Program-made: the position numbers and the translations under genes
From: Patescibacteria group bacterium
GTDB taxonomy: Bacteria > Patescibacteriota > Minisyncoccia > Phycocordibacterales > Phycocordibacteraceae
Direction of reading: 5' to 3'
Assembly: GCA_019752595.1 (NCBI GenBank)
Contig: JAIELV010000001.1
Location: 618,394-682,393 of the forward strand
DNA: 64,000 nt
Notes under the pieces: model-generated
Database searches by the model: none
Told to the model about the DNA's origin: nothing
What the model saw: the letters and a program-made list of their open reading frames with translations, nothing else
Shown here: positions 57,386 through 64,000 of the stretch, in pieces
Layout of the letters: each line of letters starts with the position of its first letter
How positions within the stretch are numbered: position 1 is the first letter of the stretch

Positions 57386-59197
57386 ATGGATTTATTTGAC
57401 TTAATTTCAGGGAAAAAGCCAGAAGAGAAGCAGAAACTCACTCCGTTTTTGCCGAAAGACATTTACGAATCTGCGAAACTTGATTTCGCAGACATCATTG
57501 CGCCTTCAGCGCTCCAAATTACCCCGCGTGAAATGAACTTGGGAGACAAACTCGTGCGCACGTTCTACGTTATTTCGTATCCACGCTATCTTGCAGGAAG
57601 TTGGTTTTCGCCAATTATCAATCTCGACAAAGTGTTCGACATATCAGTATTTATTCACCCGATAGATACTGCCCAAATGCTGAGGCAATTCCAAAAGAGA
57701 GTTGCGGAGGTACAAAGTCAGATTATGAGCCGACAGGAGAAAGGCTTGGTGCGTGATCCAGTGTTGGATACCGCATACCAAGACATTGAAGGGCTGCGCG
57801 ACCAACTACAGCAAGCGCAGGAGCGCATTTTCGACGTGGGGCTTTACATTTCTATATATGGCGATAACCAGGAAGACTTAAACAAAACTGAATCAGAGGT
57901 TCGCTCGATGCTTGACTCAAAGCTCGTGTACGTAAAGCCAGCTCTTTTTCAACAAGAACAGGCATTTATGAGCATTGCACCTTTGGGGAAAGACGTGCTT
58001 TCGATTAACTCGAAGATGAATTCTTCTCCTCTCTCTTCTATTTTCCCATTCGTGTCTTTCGACCTCACCTCTGATAGGGGGATTCTCTACGGCATCAACC
58101 GCCACAATTCCTCTCTTATTTTGTTTGACCGATTTTCTCTTGAAAACTACAACTCCGTGGTATTCGCAAAGTCGGGCTCGGGTAAGTCATACGCAACCAA
58201 ACTCGAAATACTACGAACGCTAATGTTCGACACAGAAGTTATTGTTATCGACCCTGAAAGCGAATACGAATATCTGGCGAACGCCGTCGGCGGGAGATTT
58301 TTCAATATCTCACTCTCATCAGACAACCACATCAATCCGTTTGACCTCCCAACCCCACGTGAAGACGAGTCTCCATCTGACGTCTTGCGTTCAAACATCA
58401 TTAACCTTGTCGGGCTCTTCCGCATCATGCTCGGGAGCCTCACTCCTGAGGAAGACGCGATCGTAGACCGCGCGATTACTGAAACGTACGCCCTCAAAGA
58501 CATCACGGGCGAAACTGATTTCAAAAGCATGGAACCGCCGCTACTTTCTGACTTTGAGCTTGTGCTCGCGGGCATGGAGGGGTCGGAATCACTGGTTCAA
58601 CGCCTGAGTAAATACACCAAAGGTACGTGGGCGGGGTTTATTAACCGACCCACAAACGTCGACATCAACAAGAAGTTCGTTGCGTTCTCAGTTCGAAACA
58701 TGGAAGACGAGTTGAAGCCCGTGGCGATGTACATTGTGACGCACTTCATTTGGAATGCCGTCCGAAAAGAGCTCAAAAAGCGTCTGCTGGTTATTGACGA
58801 GGCGTGGTGGATGATGAAATCCGAAGATACTGCGTCATTCTTATATTCAATGGCAAAACGAGGTCGTAAATACTACCTGGGGCTTGCAACTATTACCCAA
58901 GACGTCGAGGACTTCTTGAAGAGCCCCTACGGTGGGCCGATGCTCACCAACTCATCAATTCAGATACTTTTAAAGCAGTCGCCGACCTCAATTGATGCCG
59001 TGCAAAAGACATTCAACCTAACTGACGAAGAAAAATATCTTCTACTAGAATCTGACGTCGGGGAGGGGATTTTCTTTGCAGGATTGAAGCACGTTTCCAT
59101 AAAAATTATCGCCTCATACACTGAAGACCAGATTATTACTTCGGACCCCTCGCAACTGTTGGCAATCGCGCGCGAACGAAAAGCGGCCCAAGAATAA
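57386..59197 (+). CDS. VirB4/TrbE/CagE-like conjugative ATPase, C-terminal NTPase domain
   Basis: 603 aa with Walker A FAKSGSGKSY, Walker B LLVIDEAWW and ATITQDVEDF. Confidence 0.8.
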   Translation: MDLFDLISGKKPEEKQKLTPFLPKDIYESAKLDFADIIAPSALQITPREMNLGDKLVRTFYVISYPRYLAGSWFSPIINLDKVFDISVFIHPIDTAQMLRQFQKRVAEVQSQIMSRQEKGLVRDPVLDTAYQDIEGLRDQLQQAQERIFDVGLYISIYGDNQEDLNKTESEVRSMLDSKLVYVKPALFQQEQAFMSIAPLGKDVLSINSKMNSSPLSSIFPFVSFDLTSDRGILYGINRHNSSLILFDRFSLENYNSVVFAKSGSGKSYATKLEILRTLMFDTEVIVIDPESEYEYLANAVGGRFFNISLSSDNHINPFDLPTPREDESPSDVLRSNIINLVGLFRIMLGSLTPEEDAIVDRAITETYALKDITGETDFKSMEPPLLSDFELVLAGMEGSESLVQRLSKYTKGTWAGFINRPTNVDINKKFVAFSVRNMEDELKPVAMYIVTHFIWNAVRKELKKRLLVIDEAWWMMKSEDTASFLYSMAKRGRKYYLGLATITQDVEDFLKSPYGGPMLTNSSIQILLKQSPTSIDAVQKTFNLTDEEKYLLLESDVGEGIFFAGLKHVSIKIIASYTEDQIITSDPSQLLAIARERKAAQE

Positions 59198-59266
59198 CGG
59201 CAGGCTTGCTTGCTGGATAAAAGTGCAGGTGTCCGCACGTGGGCTATATACTGTACAGAGAGCTCT

Positions 59267-60229
59267 ATGGCGAAAATTTTCGCATTACTTCTACTTTGCA
59301 TCGTGCCCGCTTCAGCGTTTGGTGCGGTGGTGCCTACAATTTCTTTGCGCCCCGTGATTAGCGCAAACCCAAGTTACCAAACTCCAAACGCTTCAGTGGT
59401 CCTTACTGCAATTGCCAAGGTCCCAAAAGGTGAAGTGACGTACACGTGGACCGTGGACGACGTGGAAATTGCCCGAGGTATCGATATAGACAAAATTACT
59501 CTCACTGCGGGGGCAGGGGGCAGTACAAAAGTAGTGCGTGTATTTTTGGTAGACGCGCAGGGGGCTGAGGGTGAAGCGCTGTACCTCATTCGCCCAGGCA
59601 GTGTGGATTTGGTGTGGGAAGGGAACACGTATATACCACCCTTGTACGCTGGGAAGGCCCTCCCCACGGGAGATTCGATGATACAAGTCCAAGCGCTCCC
59701 GCATATAGAAATAGGAAGTGGTCGCGTACCAAAAAATTCTCTTGTGTACACGTGGGAAGTTGAGGGACAGAAGCTTGAGGCGGCATCGGGCTTTGGGAAA
59801 TCCGTACTTCGCATTAAACCAACAAAACTTAAATACCAGACACGAGTTAGTGTTACTGCCTCAACTCCCGATGGCACTATAGGCGCGCGGGCATCGGCAA
59901 CCATACCACTCTATAATCCTGTCGTAGTGATTTATGAAGAAAAGCCCCTTTCGGGAACGTGGTACACACAAGCAACGCCAGCTATGACGACACTCTCTGC
60001 GGACGAAGTAGCATTTCGAGCGATCCCGTATTTTGTTCTTGACCCGAAGAGTGTTTCTTTCGTCTGGACTCTTTCAGGAGAACCGTTTGAAATTGATACC
60101 CCTGACCGTTCAATCGCAGTGTTCAGAAAAACGGGCGAGGGGGCAGGTGAATACCCTGTCGGTGTTACGATAGAAAAGCGCGACAGCCTCTTTGAGCGTG
60201 CTTCTTCAAGATTTGTTCTTTCATTCTAA
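59267..60229 (+). CDS. Secreted beta-rich (Ig-like repeat) protein (hypothetical)
   Basis: The signal peptide is MAKIFALLLLCIVPASAFG, and the internal halves are similar. Confidence 0.5.
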   Translation: MAKIFALLLLCIVPASAFGAVVPTISLRPVISANPSYQTPNASVVLTAIAKVPKGEVTYTWTVDDVEIARGIDIDKITLTAGAGGSTKVVRVFLVDAQGAEGEALYLIRPGSVDLVWEGNTYIPPLYAGKALPTGDSMIQVQALPHIEIGSGRVPKNSLVYTWEVEGQKLEAASGFGKSVLRIKPTKLKYQTRVSVTASTPDGTIGARASATIPLYNPVVVIYEEKPLSGTWYTQATPAMTTLSADEVAFRAIPYFVLDPKSVSFVWTLSGEPFEIDTPDRSIAVFRKTGEGAGEYPVGVTIEKRDSLFERASSRFVLSF

Positions 60230-60244
60230 TCTTTTTTCTTTCTC

Positions 60245-61132
60245 ATGAAAAAATTTAAAGCTCTCTGTGTCATCTCCTTGGTTGTTCTTACCTTTGTAAC
60301 TTCATTTGCTTTTGTTGAGGCATCACAATTTCAACCTATCGTCCCCATTCCTGGCGTAACTTCAGAGCAAGGAATTACGTTGACCTTCGCACAGTACGTA
60401 AATCAGATATTCAAGCTGGTGATTTCACTAAGCGCAATACTTGCGGTACTCGTAATTATTTACGGAGGATTTGAGTACATGACTTCCTCCGCAGGCATCA
60501 GCAAGAAAAACGGTATGGAGCGTATCCAGGGCGCAGTGACGGGGCTTTTCCTTCTTTTGTCTGTCACACTCATCTTGCAAATCATCAACCCGTGTATTTT
60601 GGAAATAACGGTTCTTTCGGGGACAACGTCCGAGCAATGCTCGCGCCAAGTGGCCGCAACCCAGGCGACAGGACAAGGTGTGGGCCAGGGGACGGGCCAA
60701 GGCACGGGACAGGGAACAGGACAAGGAGCGGGTCAGACTACTACGGAGCGCCCTTGTCAGGTTTCGGCCAGAGCGAGTACCTGCCCAAGTGGGGCCCCCA
60801 CCGTCGCAAGATGCGCGGCGGGCACTGTATACACTGATGTCCCTGCAACGGGGGGCTGTGTGGCCCCTGCAACAGGAATCGTGCATATCTGTGAAAATGC
60901 TTCTTGTGTGAGAGCCCCTGACCGAGACGGGGCGTGGCGTGTGGTAGCTTCTGAGACAACGCAGTGCCAGTCGAGTGGGGACCCAATACTCCCTGTGGCG
61001 CACTGTTGCACTATTCAGAACCCAACGTGGGCTCAATTTCTTGAAGAAACCTGCTCGGTGCGCACAGGAACCACCCAGTGTAGTGGGACCAAACCAAACA
61101 CGGTGTATATCTGTGGGGGACAATCAAGATAA
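60245..61132 (+). CDS. Candidate VirB2/TrbC-like pilin with a Cys-rich C-terminal domain
   Basis: 295 aa with a signal peptide and two hydrophobic helices (IFKLVISLSAILAVLVIIYGG and GAVTGLFLLLSVTLILQII). A (GQGT)n tandem repeat at 60665-60730 precedes a domain with at least 10 Cys. Confidence 0.45.
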   Translation: MKKFKALCVISLVVLTFVTSFAFVEASQFQPIVPIPGVTSEQGITLTFAQYVNQIFKLVISLSAILAVLVIIYGGFEYMTSSAGISKKNGMERIQGAVTGLFLLLSVTLILQIINPCILEITVLSGTTSEQCSRQVAATQATGQGVGQGTGQGTGQGTGQGAGQTTTERPCQVSARASTCPSGAPTVARCAAGTVYTDVPATGGCVAPATGIVHICENASCVRAPDRDGAWRVVASETTQCQSSGDPILPVAHCCTIQNPTWAQFLEETCSVRTGTTQCSGTKPNTVYICGGQSR

Positions 61133-61134
61133 GT

Positions 61135-62319
61135 ATGAAAATAAACAGAGGGGCAATCATCTTTATCGTCGTTCTCGGGGGCATCGCGCTCATTATTGTG
61201 GGGGTCATTGCGTTTTCTAATTTACTGAAACAGCCTTCGACAGGAACGGGGGGCGGGGTAGCTGATCTTTTCTCCTCACTGTTTCCGTTTGGTCAATCTG
61301 CTTCGCGCCCAAGTGAAAATGGAGCAGAGACAAACACCCCTGAAGATCTGGGTCCTGTGCCAACACTCAGAGAAGTGAGCCGCGGACCAGTAGCAGGATT
61401 TCGAGTATCAAATGCTGGGATACTGTACGTTGAGCAAAACACGGGTCATATTTTTCAAACACCGACTGAAAGTCTGGCTGTAACACGCCGAGCAAATACC
61501 ACATTCCCTGGCCTAGAGCGCGCGGTGTGGCTTTCAGACTCCGCGGTAATTTTCCAAAATATAGACACGGAAAAAACTGAAAATTTTCTTGTTTCTTTTG
61601 CAACCACTTCGGTGGACCAGCAAGTGAGTAGCAGACCACTCTCGAGTTTTAATTCGGTTGTGGCAGAGCCAAATCTTCAACTCATGGTGCTAACGCAGAG
61701 GGCGGGAGGTACCAGGATTTCAGTTTCAAGCTACGACGAAACACGTAAAGACACTGTATTTACTTCCCCGATGCTTTCGTGGCGCGCATTCCCTGCAGGA
61801 GATGACGTACTCGTTGAAACTACACCATCTGATGGTCTTGGTTTTTTGTACAGAATTCTTGGGGGCGGGGAGCTTGAGAAAATCGTGGGAAGTGTGCCAG
61901 GGCTCATGGCCGTCCCGCGTGCTGACGGGGCATATATTGCGGTCAGTTCGGTAAGCGGCACATCGGCTCGGCTCTCTTTTATAGACAAGGACGGAATCTT
62001 TGCGGGGGCATCGCCCATAGCCACATTTGCTGAGAAATGCGGGTGGTTCCCTGGAAACGAGCCTGCAGTTGCGTGCGGGGTACCAGAATCTGTAGCAGGC
62101 GCTTCCATAGATTCTTGGTATATGGGACTCCAAACATTTAGTGACACCGTGTGGATAATCCGCCCATCTAGTGAGACAGGTACGTTTATAAAAAATCTAG
62201 AGACGGAAGCGGGACGCCCGATTGATGTTATTGACCCGCACGTGAGCCCCGACGGGCGGTACTTCATTTTCAAAAACAAAAACGACCTTTCGTTGTGGTC
62301 GTTGGATTTAACTCGATAG
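61135..62319 (+). CDS. Membrane-anchored extracellular protein (hypothetical)
   Basis: 394 aa with an N-terminal TM helix; the remainder is probably beta-rich. Confidence 0.5.
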   Translation: MKINRGAIIFIVVLGGIALIIVGVIAFSNLLKQPSTGTGGGVADLFSSLFPFGQSASRPSENGAETNTPEDLGPVPTLREVSRGPVAGFRVSNAGILYVEQNTGHIFQTPTESLAVTRRANTTFPGLERAVWLSDSAVIFQNIDTEKTENFLVSFATTSVDQQVSSRPLSSFNSVVAEPNLQLMVLTQRAGGTRISVSSYDETRKDTVFTSPMLSWRAFPAGDDVLVETTPSDGLGFLYRILGGGELEKIVGSVPGLMAVPRADGAYIAVSSVSGTSARLSFIDKDGIFAGASPIATFAEKCGWFPGNEPAVACGVPESVAGASIDSWYMGLQTFSDTVWIIRPSSETGTFIKNLETEAGRPIDVIDPHVSPDGRYFIFKNKNDLSLWSLDLTR

Positions 62320-62335
62320 CAAAACGTGTAGAGCG

Positions 62336-62830
62336 CTACGTGGTTTCAGTGGGGGCGGGCTTGGGAGCGCCTGTTTCGGAGTAGCGAACGACAATGTGAC
62401 GCATAGCGCCCTCACCAACTGATTCGGTGTACACATTCGGCGACCCTTGAAGTGCTGCGTGAATAATCATGCGGTCATACCCACTCATCGGGCTCATTTC
62501 AATATCATACTTAAATGTACGTGCACGTTCCGCAAGCATATGGGCTTGGTTCTCAAGCGCCTTTATGTGCCTCATGTGGTAACCATTTACATCAACAACA
62601 AATCGGAATGTGTCGTCGGTACCCTTCGTTTCATCTTCATACACTTTTTTCATGAGCATATTCAGCGCCGAGAGCGTGTCCCCGCGGGCACCGATAAGGG
62701 CGCCTGAATCTTTGGTTTGGATGGTGAAAATCGTGTGACCTGCAATGTCTGTCGTTTCTATGTCGTCAACAGAAACCCCCATTTTTTGGGTTATTTCTTT
62801 AAGCGTTTGTGTTATCTGATCTTTTTTCAT
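62336..62830 (-). CDS. jag: Jag/KhpB-like R3H-domain RNA-binding protein
   Basis: KH and R3H domains with RMIIHAAL. The start MKKDQITQ is used. It is downstream of yidC. Confidence 0.8.
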   Translation of the reverse strand: MKKDQITQTLKEITQKMGVSVDDIETTDIAGHTIFTIQTKDSGALIGARGDTLSALNMLMKKVYEDETKGTDDTFRFVVDVNGYHMRHIKALENQAHMLAERARTFKYDIEMSPMSGYDRMIIHAALQGSPNVYTESVGEGAMRHIVVRYSETGAPKPAPTETT

Positions 62831-63548
62831 TGTGCATTTTGCGGACAAACAGCTCCTGGCCGATTGAGAAAGTATTGCTCACCACGAAGTAAAGTGCAAT
62901 AGAGGCCGAGGTAGCGTAGGCAACAATACCCAGAAGAACGGGGAAAACATACTGCATTTGCAAACTCATACTTCTCTGCAAATCTTCGGAAAAAGACGGC
63001 TCAGAACCTGCCTTTTTTTCAGCTACGGGGGGCATCATGAGCTTCGCAAAGACAAACTGTGTGACTGCGACAATGAGCGCAAGGAGGATGCTCTTTTCTG
63101 AAAGATCCAAAAGCCCAAGGAAGATGAGGGTGGTTTCTGTTGGTACAGATATGAACGAGTAGAGGATAGCGGGGTCAAACGATACAACCTTGCTTTCATT
63201 CTGAAGAACCAAGTAAAGCCCGATAATAACGGGGAGTTGAATAAGGATTAGAAAAAAGCTCGCAAAAGGATTAATTTTGTGTTCTTTAAAGAGCGCCATC
63301 ATTTTTTTAGCGAGCTCTTCTTTGTTTTCTTTATACTTTTCCCTCATCTCCTTTAAGAGAGGGTCGATTTTTCGCATGGTCATCTGCGTTTTTATTGCAG
63401 TCCATGAAATAGGGAAGAGGGCGAGGCGCACCAAAATAGTTACCCCGACTATTGCAAGGCCTATGTCTCCACCAGGAATGAGATTAACGAAAAAAGCGAG
63501 CGCGTTGTAAATCGGCTCGTACACCACTACGTTGAACAAATCTGCCAT
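62799..63548 (-). CDS. yidC: Membrane protein insertase YidC (short form)
   Basis: 249 aa with the conserved YidC/Oxa1 TM core. Confidence 0.9.
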   Translation of the reverse strand: MADLFNVVVYEPIYNALAFFVNLIPGGDIGLAIVGVTILVRLALFPISWTAIKTQMTMRKIDPLLKEMREKYKENKEELAKKMMALFKEHKINPFASFFLILIQLPVIIGLYLVLQNESKVVSFDPAILYSFISVPTETTLIFLGLLDLSEKSILLALIVAVTQFVFAKLMMPPVAEKKAGSEPSFSEDLQRSMSLQMQYVFPVLLGIVAYATSASIALYFVVSNTFSIGQELFVRKMHNEKRSDNTNA

Positions 63549-63668
63549 CGGGGCATTGTACCCCGTCAGTAGAACTTGGCGTACTGTTTTTTATAGCAAT
63601 TATGGCGTAATGTATTCTTTTTGTGGGGAGAATTACTCATACCAATACAGATGGACGTAACGGGGACT

Positions 63669-63995
63669 CTAGTATTCGCCAGGAGTTTTTTTTGAAAACT
63701 TTTTTATAAAATCTTCTTTTATGCTCGTGACGCTTATTTTTAAGATTTCACGATTTGGGTAAAAGACATACAACGCACCAGGCACAAGCTCTTTTAGTGT
63801 TTTGAGAGCTTCATACCCCTTTCTTTTTCCTTTATGTCGAAATACCGCACTCTGTATGGTTTTTTTTGAAATCACGACCGTCGCGCGAAATACGGGAGAG
63901 GGGTGTGCACGCAATGTCCCAAAAGAAAAGACGTGGGATGCCCCGCGTCCTTTAGGAAACTGCGCCCGAGATACACGCTCTCGGCGAGGAAGCAT
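63669..63995 (-). CDS. rnpA: Ribonuclease P protein component
   Basis: 108 aa with the RnpA basic N-terminus and the RNR-like motif. The classic rnpA-yidC-jag order places this near the origin. Confidence 0.85.
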   Translation of the reverse strand: MLPRRERVSRAQFPKGRGASHVFSFGTLRAHPSPVFRATVVISKKTIQSAVFRHKGKRKGYEALKTLKELVPGALYVFYPNREILKISVTSIKEDFIKKFSKKTPGEY

Positions 63996-64000
63996 ACGTT

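Noticed and set aside
58147-58575. 142-aa minus-strand ORF inside the VirB4 ATPase gene
   Set aside because: It is antisense to a gene with Walker A and B motifs.
60428-61123. 231-aa minus-strand ORF and several short ORFs across the (GQGT)n repeat
   Set aside because: They are antisense or out of frame with respect to the pilin-like gene. The GC-rich repeat keeps several frames open.
1-64000. CRISPR arrays, IS elements or transposases, prophage, rRNA
   Set aside because: I saw no direct-repeat/spacer arrays, no transposase or integrase other than the single xerC-like gene, and no rRNA-like sequence on inspection.

Overview
This 64-kb window reads as a compact bacterial chromosome segment with ~50% GC and the gene content of a reduced, CPR/Patescibacteria-like genome; the taxon call is inference only.

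Housekeeping genes are confident: nusA, ppa, tig, clpP, rny, hup, guaA, purB, cca, xth, xerC/D, rpsO, pnp, uvrD/pcrA, rsmA and the origin-proximal rnpA–yidC–jag trio. The window also holds a type IV pilus ATPase and platform pair (pilB, plus a pilC truncated by the window start), a COG1101/COG4120/COG2984-type ABC transporter, an ECF sigma / DUF5667-like anti-sigma pair next to a divergent TrpR-like YerC gene, and four TrmB-family regulator paralogs. Four tRNAs were found by manual folding: Gly-UCC, Pro-UGG, Gly-GCC and Arg-UCG.

Three things stand out:
- A roughly 17-kb plus-strand cluster at 45.4–62.3 kb encodes a type IV secretion-like apparatus: a giant VirB6/TrbL-like membrane protein of 1560 aa, a PrgI/VirB3-like protein, a VirB4 ATPase split into two ORFs, a VirB2-like pilin candidate and many secreted proteins. 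It has no relaxase or coupling protein.
- A conserved ~62-nt structured RNA-like element sits next to two tRNA loci, with compensatory stem substitutions between its two copies, embedded in pseudo-T-arms derived from the neighbouring tRNAs.
- A 23-bp perfect palindrome that contains two face-to-face extended -10 boxes (TGnTATACT) occurs three times at divergent promoters.

Several leaderless-type promoters, bidirectional intrinsic terminators, other palindromic operator candidates and a few small unannotated ORFs are also recorded.
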